Assembly: GCF_000150275.1 (NCBI RefSeq)
Contig: NW_002060945.1
Span: 8,262,011 to 8,326,010 of the forward strand
From: Trichoplax adhaerens
Taxonomy: Eukaryota > Animalia > Placozoa
Reading direction: 5' to 3'
Length of the DNA stretch: 64,000 bases
In this document: piece by piece, positions 26,001 to 37,700 of the stretch
Layout of the letters: each line of letters begins with the position of its first letter
Position numbering within the stretch: the stretch's first letter is position 1
Notes under the pieces: model-generated
What the model was told of the DNA's origin: nothing
The model's input: only the letters and a program-made list of their open reading frames with translations
Databases searched by the model: none
Position numbers and translations under genes: made by a program

Positions 26001-26052
26001 TATTATTTCTTGGCATGATATTTTAGAAGATATTACGAAGAATCTTCAATAA
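20099..26052 (+). CDS. Dynamin-like GTPase fused to a C-terminal pseudokinase (DSTYK-like domain order), about 1017 aa
   Basis: Exons 20099-20111 (tentative start MNNT), 20748-20920, 21558-21768, 21949-22277, 22993-23133, 23204-23535, 23672-24859, 25021-25285, 25486-25609, 25775-26052 splice in frame. G1 GETSAGKS, G3 DSPG, G4 NKWD, hydrophobic AAFILTSPVWVAPAFIASPIYYI. Kinase fold: YLHAKELIHAHLTTENVL, LKLCHAT, YLAPE, SDVYSFAILFWE, ERP. Confidence 0.88.
20340..20800 (+). repeat. Local tandem duplication (about 235 bp) of the intron end and start of the exon at 20748
   Basis: About 20415-20565 aligns with about 20650-20800, including an AG acceptor at 20512-13 followed by GAIVAKLETVTKVNKVF versus ESLLAEIEAVTEVDEVF. 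A third partial copy (SILAELEVVTK) lies near 20345. Confidence 0.7.
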
Positions 26053-27787
26053 ATATCTCATCTATCTTATGCATAATCTTTAACATGATTGAAAGATACT
26101 TAAGCTAATACACTAACGAAAATTTAATCGGCAGCATTCATGTTTATAAGGCAAATTGGTGACATTATCCATATTGATTGAATTTTTTTAACTTCTGTCA
26201 ATTTCTAATTTAACGAACATTTATGTTATTCCGTCCAAAAGACATATCAAGAGGATTTACTTATTAAATTCAAAATATATTAAATAGCTTACTTATGCGA
26301 AATGTCATGAGCTGAGAGCTCGCTCGAGTAATGAAATATAGATTTAACGTCTATTTAAAATAATTTTAATACATCGCTAACTTCTGAACTGATAATTAAT
26401 CAGTTCTCTAACTTTAATAATAAGCTAATTATCTTTAAGGTTAAATCGATGATTAATCCAACGTAGTTATGATGATTGAATAAAACACAAAGAGCACATC
26501 TACCAGCCCTGATTAGTGAAATTACTGTGCTACAAATATCTTATTGGGCCTTATCTAAAATTTTACGATAAAGGGAATAATGAAATGAAAGGTAGCAGAT
26601 ATGTACCGCTATTAATTTCACATATTAGAATATACGATATACGTGTATAAGCACGAAAGCCATCTCAGTTTCCGAAAGTACTGTCAAAATAGTGCTAAAA
26701 TTTTTTTTTCAAAGTAATTATTCAGAGAAGCATAATGATTAAATTATATGCCGCTGAAGATCATTGTTGTATTCAGCGATATAAACTGTACTGCAAGTAC
26801 TGTAAATTGTAGAAAACTTTGAGAAATGCCCATTAAGGCCTCAAGAACACAAGTCAGTCATTTGCGGTACTGTATCCCCCAAAAATATTAATAATTTATA
26901 CGGTACTGAAAACATTTAGGACATTTACGCTGGAATGTAAAGGTAAAAGTAAAAAATTTTGCCTGTATACAGTAGATAAAAATATCTGATTATAGTGAGA
27001 TGGTGTAACAATTAAAATCAATTTAAATTATATCACTCTTATTAATACAACCGTTAATATTTGTGCTATAAGATCAGTCCAATAGGTTAACTGCAAGAAA
27101 AGTCGAGTAAAACTACCGCACGTTGGTTTACGTGTATGCTACAATTAATATTATATATCGGCTAGGGAATGCAAGAGAGAAGCTGCTCTGTAAAGACTAC
27201 TCAAGGCTGACAACTGCTATAAAATCGCTAAACACTACTAGATAAAAGGTATACTCAGTATAAGATATGCAGTTAAACGTATAAGGCAATACAATATCAC
27301 CCATACTGTAAATTTCCATTTTATCATTTCAAATTAGATTGTGAATGTTATTAATATCGGACTTCATACTGGATATTACAAACAGAGAATACAAGCTGTG
27401 CTAGTGATAATGATGAGTTGATCAAAATTGATCTATTCAAAGCTACCTCGGTATATGATGTTATCTAATGTTGATTAACAACGTACACAAGAATGTCGCC
27501 CATGAGATCTTATCGATAACTATCTTCTTAGCTGTATAGCCTTGAAAATGAGAGACAATAGAGTTTCGAAGGATTTTATGTATATTGGTAGCTCTCGAAA
27601 GGCAGAATAGAGGAACTCCACCCAAAGACGAAGGTAAATTTATTTTTCAATTTCCTTACTTAATGAGTTTATGCTGCTATAGTGATACCAGATGACTGTG
27701 ACAATATTTACATACAATACAGTAAGGGACTGCTCAAGAACAAATTTTACCCATTTCTATCCCATCTCATATCACATACTCGTAATT

Positions 27788-27947
27788 TATAATCACCAAG
27801 GATTACTCAAGTACAAATTTCATCCTTTTTCTCACGTCTCTTACTCTTACTTCATAATCCCAGGGATTAATTCCGGATTATAAAGTAAGAGTAAGACATG
27901 TAAGAAAAAGAATGAAATTTGTTCTAGAGTAGTCCCTAGCGATTATA
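27788..27947. repeat. Long imperfect inverted repeat (about 73-bp arms, 14-bp loop); foldback/MITE-like
   Basis: Arm 27788-27860 (..TCTCTTACTCTTACTTCATAATCC) pairs with 27875-27947 (GGATTATAAAGTAAGAGTAAGACA..). A partial direct copy of arm 1 lies near 27726. Confidence 0.85.
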
Positions 27948-27990
27948 TAGTAAAAAATAAAGTGCTTACAGTAAGAGTATATCAGTACAA

Positions 27991-28038
27991 TCATGGACTA
28001 CTAAAATATTCCCTAGGGAACATTTTAGTAGTCTATGA
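27991..28038. repeat. 48-bp near-perfect palindrome
   Basis: TCATGGACTACTAAAATATTCCCTAGGGAACATTTTAGTAGTCTATGA is self-complementary apart from 2 mismatched pairs. Confidence 0.85.
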
Positions 28039-28747
28039 AGTATTACAGCATGACTGCCCATTGTACATTACAGTAGCACTGTACATGCACAGAAGATGCG
28101 TCGAAACGATGTACACTGTAGTATATCGAACTAGAGTTTATACCGATTTTTTCAGATACGTCATTGACAAGTTCTAATTTTATTAATTGAAAGTATTATT
28201 AAAATTCACTAAATATGCTAGAAATGACGATTAAAATGTATTTATGCACTATACTACAATTAAGGAATAAACTATCTATCTCTTGACATTTAATTGAACA
28301 TCTAACATCGATAAAAACAATAACTTCATAATCGAATCCTTTGCTATTTACGGTTCTTAAATTACTATGCGCTATGTCATGATAATGAAATTAGATAGTG
28401 CATCACTTTTTATTTAAAGTAAATGCAGTCGAAGGGCATATATTGTTACTTGACTTTCTCTGTTGCATTGCGAATACAGTATGGCAATACCGTAATAATC
28501 AGTATCAGTTTACCTTTGTAGCAAACCGTAGCAAGTTTAAGCTCACATGAAAACAGTGCATGAAAGGTAAAATATTACTATGTACTGAAAAATACACAAA
28601 CACACACAATCGTACTTTTGACTTTTCATTATATATTAATAAAAGTAAAAAGTGTAAGTAAGGTACGCAAGTATTACGAGTGAAGGATGGTAAAAAAAGT
28701 AATGATAACTGTACGAGTGTACTGAATTATGTTATAGATAAATTACT

Positions 28748-31700
28748 TTAACTTTTAAAGATCATTGGCGCGTTATTTCGCCTCTGCCTTATCTTCGTAA
28801 TAATTGCCTGAGCGTCTACATCCTGCAAAAATAGAAAATATTGGATGGTATAAACCACACAAAATATAAAAATTCCTAATTCATTTATCTAAATAGAGAC
28901 ATTTCCGTAATAGTTTCCATAATATTTAGTGTATAAAATTAGTATAGCATAACCCATCAATGCAGTTTAATTATGAATACCTTACGGTTTTAAATATAGT
29001 TATCTATACGCGCGTATGTAAATACTAATTTCATGGAAGTGTATTGAACTATTGATATACTAAACTTAACTAAATGCTGCCGTAAATTAGGTTAATTTAG
29101 TTCAAGAATAACTGTCATAATCTAATTCCATGCATAAAGTTAGTATGGCAAAAACCCATTTCTAAATAAATTTTATAATTTATTTGATATTAACGTAAGA
29201 TCTAAACTAGTAAAAATCTCGAAACCGGTATGAAGGCAGAAGCTAAAATCCTCCAGTATATCTTAACAAATCGATGTCTTATTAACTGCTCATCTTATCT
29301 CTGAGATTCCGTTAGCGATTTTGATCTTATCTTTAAAAAGGTTATATTCCTAGAGTGATGTATACCTATCGTCTAGAATAACTACCAAATCTAAAACTAC
29401 AAATTTCCGTAAGCATTTTATCACGCAACTAAATCATTACCATAAACTTAGCTTAGATATCACAGTTACTATTGCTGTATAATTACATCATAACTTATCT
29501 ATGATGCGCATACCTTGCAACTTATTAATTTAACATCTACTACGCAAATTTTTCATGGTACTTCCAAAAAGAGACTTAATCCATGACTATAGGTCTTATT
29601 TTAGTTTTTCCATTGATCGAATGGCAGCAAGTGAATAACTAACTTTAAAACTTACGTTTTTAATAAGAGAAATAAGTTGATCAACAAAGCCATCATTAAC
29701 ATCAATATTAGACCGCTTGAATGATTTTTCCACTGATTCGTTTTTGGAGTATCTTCTAGCAAAGCTACCATTAGTTACGTTAGCAGCTTTCACCCTCAAT
29801 TTTGCAGCCTATTATGAATCACTTACGAGCATTAATTCAAACTGAAGTATGTACTATCGCCATGGTGAGTATTAAATAAAGCGGAAAACAAAAACTGCAA
29901 TTTATCCAAAAAATTCGATCATCCATAATAGTTAGATAACCATTAAGTCCATACAATACCCGTATTTATCGAAATATTAATAATCTATCAGATTAAATTC
30001 TGTTTAAAGAATAATTCATCGTGGGTACTCATTTCATTATCAAAAATTAAATCAAAAATCTCGTATGGTCACGATCAGTGATTTTAACTGTATAAACTTA
30101 TGGCATCATGGTTACTGAAATGTTAAGTATGTATGGTAATGCATAACGTGAATATAGACTATGATTTACGATACATACTATTACGTTTATTAAAAAATGT
30201 TTCTAATATTGTTACTATTTTGGTATTCTTCTTTTCTAGCAGTGCTATCAGTCAATGTATCACCGGTACTTTACATATATATTTACATATTACAATCGCT
30301 TACTTTTGGAATGAAGACGAGGCACATGGTAACAGTAACACCAAATATAATGAAACCGGAGGTNNNNNNNNNNNNNNNNNNNNNNNNNNNNNNNNNNNNN
30401 NNNNNNNNNNNNNGTTATCAATCTACCTCAGTTCTTAAAAATCTCAGCTTGCTAGTTAATGGATCGATCAATTCCCAAATTGTCAAGTAAATAACATCAA
30501 ATATTACCAAGAAAATGACCATGATGATAAGCTGATAATCTCGAATGACCTGATAAAAACAATACTAATATATTAAGATATACGTAAATGTGTACTACAA
30601 TTTATCAACCCATATGTTGCGTACATGAAGAATTTATCAACAATAGCTAGAAATTACAATTTTAGTTTTTTTGCCGCTGGTAAAGATTCGGTAAACGCGC
30701 CATGTTTTGGTTAGTAGAGATCCAAAAGCGATTGAAAATCCAACGCTTAGTAACCACACACGAACTGCACATATTGCAGGAGGAAACACCCCGCCGGCAC
30801 TGTTGGAATCGATACCGAATGTTATCGCTGCAATATAACAAATGATACAGCCAAAAAGAAATAGATTGTTGATGGTAGGACTTGACATTTTGATATGTCT
30901 AACAAATAATATCAAATTCAAGAATTTTAGTAGGATTGATGCTTATTAAAGCGAAATTATGTCCCGAGTCATAATTAAATATCCATAATTGTTTAAGGGC
31001 TTATATCAAATCAGTGAAGATTTTCCATACAAGTGTAGAGATAGATTGCTCAGATAAAACCTTAATTGTTAATATTTTCGATAAAGGTAACAATTATCAA
31101 TTTTACAGAATCATTTTCAGGTAGATTTTACATTCGCTATAAACATCACTATGGTTGAAAGTTAATAAATTACTACGTTAAATCCAATATTAAAATATTC
31201 AGCTCACCTGAGTTTTCTGTGAGTAATATTTATTACAAGAAAAATTGAAGCGCAAATTATAGCTAATACAGCCAGAACAGTCATGGCAAGAAAAGTTGCT
31301 CTTGAAATTCCAATAATACTATCCTCGGTTTTTACTTGATCTGCTGGTACACCTCCACCTGCGATATCGCAAAAAAGAAATAGAAATTATGTCGAGAGCA
31401 AGTAATCTTAACAGGATAAAATTAATCCATCAATAGAAGTTATGAAACGACCATATTAAATACGCTTATTATCACTAAAAGGAAAATTACTGATTCATGG
31501 GCGGTAACACATAACAGATTTCTCGTATTTACTCTAACCAACTTGATGACAGTTTGCCTTACAATCAACGGAACGCAATCTACAACACAAATATCACACT
31601 TACTAATCCAATAAATTTCATCTTCTTTGATATTCATTTTCTCTGTGAGACCAAAATGTGTCCCAACTTGGACAATTTTTGACTGATTATTCTTGACTAT

Positions 31701-34700
31701 AGTTCATCATTAAATACAGAATTAGTATTAAAGAAAAGTAAGCTTATACCCTCAATTGAGAGATAAATAAGGAATACTATCAGTATTAACAACTACAGTA
31801 TCGCTAATTCTTGATAATCATGTAGACTTTCCGATAACAATTGGTAGTTTGTAATCATTTATACTTTGGCATTGGTAAATTCCAACGTCAGTTATTCGAG
31901 CTCCGTCAGTGAAACGAACTGGTCCCTATAGAACAACAATATAAAATTACCTTAGTAATTGATATAAAGTATGAAACTGTTGCACATTGAAGTCTACAAC
32001 GCATACTTACACTAATTCCAATAAAATTTGTGTTTGACATTTCATTAAATAAAATACTTCTTATAAAGCTATTTTTATAATGAAAATCAGATAATGTACT
32101 TCCACTTTCTTTAAGAATATTCTCAGTTTTGTTTAAAGCCAATGCCAATGCCCACATTGCATCATAACCATTTATTTGAAAATACTTATAAAGTGAAGGT
32201 GGCCGTTGAACATAACTGTAGTAGTGCTCCATGTATTGGGATGAATTCTAATAGCATTTCAAAGTATAACATATAGATACATAAAAACATACAGTAAATA
32301 TTTTAGTCAATTAGATGTAGTAAGCTACATGAATCTGGAATTTAACATCAAAGAAACAAGCCTTTATTTTATCTATGCCAAATTATATAAAGTTATTAAT
32401 CAGATAGATTTTTGTTATCACATTCGTGTTATACAGCAATCTATTTTGGCAGCGAAAAATTCGATATAAACTCCTTACAACAGACAACATCTACTTTACG
32501 ATCCAGCAGACTCGCTGTTGTTAATCAAATTAAGAGCTGATGTAAAAAGGTACAGTAGAATTAGCAGATTTAATGCATATTCCAAGAAGGCATAATAGTT
32601 GATATTAACACCTATTCAGAAACGGAATTGTAAGTTTGGATATTAGATTAGCATCAACATGTAAAATGTTTTAGTAATACGTGATTAGTTACGCGTAAAT
32701 TTCTCACAGAATTGTAACTTATGGAAATTTTACAACAGGATTATTACTTTCTACTAACTATATTGGTTAGTCAGTGATAGCCTCATTGTCAATTAATAAT
32801 TACTTTTAGTCTATAAATTAGTAATTATAAATTAGCCTTTTTTGACAATATTCAGAACTATTGAGCCTTTAGATATATATTCCTGAGTACCGTTGCAATA
32901 TTTTCATCTATTTTGTTAATTTTTCCTATTTTCTATTACCAATAGATGAGTGCTAATCATCAAATCTCATTAACTGCCATAATACTGCTCTGTAGACATT
33001 ATATGGAGTGATAATCATATAGTCTATGAATTGCGTGCATTGTGAAGAAGTTTGATCATAATTTAGCAACAGTTAGCATTACAGGCGCCATTATATACAG
33101 AGTAGCATAGAGTCGTTTACGTAGTGATAAAAAATTTTCAAGCATGATTGACTTACCATGCCAGAGATTGTGTTTGGATTAAGGCCCAATTTGATATTAT
33201 TAAAAGTAAAATAGTTTGTTAAAACTTGTTCAATTTCAGCGATAGAGCAGTTCACATTCCCTTGTCCGAGATTGGATTTCCACCAATCCGTATTATGCCC
33301 ATATGTAATAAACCAAATATAATGAGGCCCATATAAACCTTGATGATAGGCCTGAAAGCAAGTATCAAAACCATTATGAGAAATTACTATGTAATCACGG
33401 GTCATTCACTAACGTAATACGTCGATGCTACCTGTAATTAATCTTTTATTCCTTACTATTTTAGAAATCGAAGAATATGAAAAACTGAACATTTGTTCGG
33501 TATAGATGTAGCATATCATTTTTGATATTCAAATTAAAATGCTGCTATGTTATCCCAATAGAATCAGTCAGATAAGCCTACAAATAAATTTATTACAGAT
33601 TTCGTTTACTGGCTATCAAATACTACAAGACATTCATGAGATAGTTATAGATTTCAAAATATGGCATTGTAATTTTACGATGTAGATCTCGCAATTCACT
33701 CAGGTAGCACAAACCGTAAAAATGCCAGTAGCATCGAAATACGCGAATTATCTATGATACTTCACTAAATACTAAAGCCTTTGATAATTTTTAGGACACT
33801 AATAAGACCCGCTTATTTATTTACAATCGCTAAAAATAGCCATAACTTATTCCACAATCTATGCAATACGCCAACAGTAAGCCGCGATGTAAATTAGTTA
33901 GAAATCCAAAGTCTATAATTAGCCCTACTACTGTACCATATCATTAAAATTTAATTATTATATTTTTTATCTCAAATTTGAATAATTGCATTATTGATCC
34001 TACCTGACAAATAACTCTAATAGAGTTTTCTGTACTAGCGAAAAGCAAAATAATTCTTGCACCTTTTTCCTACAAAAATTAATCATCGTCACCATTATAA
34101 CACAATAAAATTGCAACAATAAGTATAGGATTGAACTAATATCAAATGATGAGACAATATTCATATTAAACTTCTAAATGTCTACAATAAAATCGTGCAT
34201 TACCGCCAGTTCTATCGTTATACTGTATTTTATATTTCGTCTTACTATAGTAGACTGATCAAAATGCATATTTTAGTCTTAGAAGAGTTACTTTACTGTG
34301 TAAAGCCACTAATCAAATACTTATAGTAATTGTCTTTTTAATTATCAAATTTTGAAACTACTGGTAGAATTCATCAAACGTAAATATCATACGTTATAAG
34401 TGATTGTAAAAAACTTATTTATTGGCGAGAAAGTGGTTATAAATATCATTAATTTCATTTTATTAATCTCATTTCCGTACCTTAATACTTTTAACCTGAG
34501 CGACAGGATCTGTTACAAATGCTTCAGAAGTAACCAATGTGATATTTTGAGCAATGGCATCTGCAATAAAGTTTTTGGCAGACTAGATATTATAATAAGA
34601 AATAAGATAGGTCAGCAATTCATTGATTATAGGCGTAAACTTACACATATCCATTTTTAATAGGTACTGTAGCACAATGACAAATACAAGCTTAATAATT

Positions 34701-37700
34701 TAAATATCCCGATGATAGATCTAATAGAATAGTATACAGTAGAAAAAATATTTTGATATTTACATCCTACCAATTTTTATGTTCAATGTTTGGGTACAAT
34801 AATCCTATTTTATGGCAGCATCTACTGTGATGTAAAACTAATAAATAGCTTTCTAGTACCTTATGCTACTGTGCTGGAGGGTTCAATATCTCAGAGGATT
34901 GATATTTAGTCGCCATTTACAATTATTACACCAAAGGGTTTATAAAAGTTATGCTTTATTGTAGGTTAGTAATGTGAAGTACAGTGAGGTAGTTACGGTA
35001 GATCAGCGTGCAAGCTGTCGTGAGTAACGAGTAGAAGTATTAGACTGTGAGAGACTAACTAGAAGACTAACTGAGAAGCTAACGAACTCTGAGGTAGAAA
35101 TCGCCGATATTTATAGTTTTAAAGATAGAGCACATGCAGAGAATAAGATTGTGGAATTAGATACAACATATACCATAACAGGTTACAAAATAGCAGATGA
35201 TTGTAGAAAACAGCGAGTACCTTAATAACTAAATACAGTAGTCTATATATGAATGTAGAGTAAGCGGACGGTAGATCTGTCTAAATATAAGAGCAATACA
35301 ACATGTCTATATTTAAGGGTAGAATATAGTTACAGTATATTCTAAATACACTACGGCTACATTGCGCAATTTATCTATCTGATAGCAAGCAGCAGATATG
35401 ATCACGAAGGTATTCGGAACACTTGATATACTAATATGCCCTGTCTTAAAATCTATTAATAGCTAACTTCTAAGCCATTAGTATATTAACAGTAATTTAA
35501 TACCGGTAACGTATCCATGATACTTGCGCTTATTTAATGCATTATATTTCAATATACAGTATTTAAGATATCTGTTAGTAATAATTCAAGCCAAAAAATC
35601 ATTTTTGTACTCATTTATGGTATTATACAGAAGAAAATTACATTTGTCACAAATCATTAATTCGAACAGTTATTATAACAAATTCTGTCTTCATTCATTA
35701 ATTGCAGTATGAATAATACTTTGAAATTTAATTCATGTAAGACACCTACCGTTTCGTCAGTTTCTTCAATGTAATGGATGGTAGCAACACGGGTCCAGTT
35801 GTAGCGTTTTAAAAGGGCAACTCTAATTTGGTTCAGGGTAATATCCGTAGTTTCCGTTGTGAAAAAGTGAGGATATGTGGCTCTGTTTATTAGAGCAGCT
35901 GATGAAACTCCACTAGCTATCTATTAAAGCAGATTAAGTAGATCATACAATTAATTATAAGAGTTTCAGATATCCTATAATCCAGTTAAAATATCGTACT
36001 ACCTCCGCTTTCAATAGTAATTCAACTAAGATTACAACGTGCTACCTCGCATTGGTCTACAGTACATATTCATTTAAGTGCAATAATAATACCTCCTTTT
36101 TGAACTTAAGCTTAGTAGCACTATTCCAAACTAAAAGTATTCAGTGACAGCTGTTAGCCGTTGAATGAATAATGTAGCGATATAGTAATACAAACCGAAA
36201 TGTACTAAAATTATGAAATATCAATTTTACCGTTATCAAATTCCAATATTTAGCGATCGATGCAACAGGTTTCGCACAAATGCTAGTCAATGGACCGAAG
36301 GTGGCAATTTTAATAGGTCCAGTTGTGACAGCGTCGAAGAAGGATTTGGTTGTCACCCAAGTTTTATACTGAAAAGAAATTGATTACTGAGAACATATTT
36401 TTATATATAAAAGCATGACAGACCAGTAAAATAGATAGACGTCTATGTCCTAGCGAACTGTATAAACGTGGAATGCCGTCATAAATTGCAAGAGAAAGAT
36501 TTCTTCTAAACAACATACTCAAATACCATTATTAACAATTTAAAAATTGATTAAATGTATTGCTAAGAAAATTAAAATATTAATCTTAACTTAACTCAGG
36601 GATCTCAGAACCTAAGTTATGCTAACTGATCAGTTATATCTTAAGAAGTTCTATTCCTTAATCAGAATTTGCATCAACTGTGTTACAACCGCATACATCA
36701 AGCTGCTATGGAGATCGCTATAATTTTGTTTGCGCCATATTCGAATATAAATTTTATATATCAAGGACTACTGCAATCCCGTAAATATAAGTACATATGA
36801 AAAGGCTCGTACATATATAAAGTTTATTTTATTCTAGCAGCCTTTAGTTATATCATCCATTATCATTTATCCAGCAGCTGAACAAACGAATATAACATGT
36901 AACACATTTAAATATATTGATTTAAAAATTATAATATATCTTAGTGATGATAGTTAACTCAATGCATAAAACTCATTAACTAATTAAGTTATTAAAGTAT
37001 GTTCCATAAAAGCGATTCTTCATAAAGGACTTGAGTAGCCGATTAGGTGATCAGAACCAAACAGTGGAAATTGAGCTAAAAAGCTAACAGTTAACCAGCA
37101 TAGTATGCGCGTTGATAAAAAAGGTGTCTGTAGGATAAAAGGTAACGTAGAACTGATTATATCAGTACAGAGACTAATACTTGAAGAGTAGATCTACAGT
37201 ATTCCCTATGCAGTGGATTGCAACACATGAGGAAGAGAACATCTACTATCTTTAATTTAGAACTACTGACTATACTATTGAAATCTGATATCATTTTCGA
37301 GGAAGGCATTCTTTCATCTACTGAATACAGTAGCGCATATAGTAACTACACTCACTACCCTTGTTATAAAACCTAAATAAACAGTAAATGTTTAGAAAAG
37401 ATCCATGTATTCATCGTCAAAGGGTTACAGTGACACAGTGGAGGCTAATACCTAATCTAGTCATATAAAAACAAATTATGGTACGGAAGTTTTAAATTCA
37501 TAATCACCTGTCTTTCAAATGGTAAAACATATAACTAATATGTTCATCATTGAAAGATTACCGAGATATGTATGAAGGTAATGCCTAAGCTTGTAATAAA
37601 GCAATAAATAGTCATACTAGTAAAGACTGAAAATTATAAGCACCTGTCTTCCGGACGGTAAAATATGTAACTAATGTGGTCCGCGATATATAAGAGGGTA

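Noticed and set aside
20099-26052. Naming the gene DSTYK or an active kinase
   Set aside because: The catalytic Lys, HRD Asp and DFG are all missing, and orthology is untested.
30364-30413. Apparent loss of TM5-6 in receptor paralogue 1, and ORFs containing X runs (also 49795-50181)
   Set aside because: Assembly gaps; the missing exon part most likely lies in an under-sized gap.
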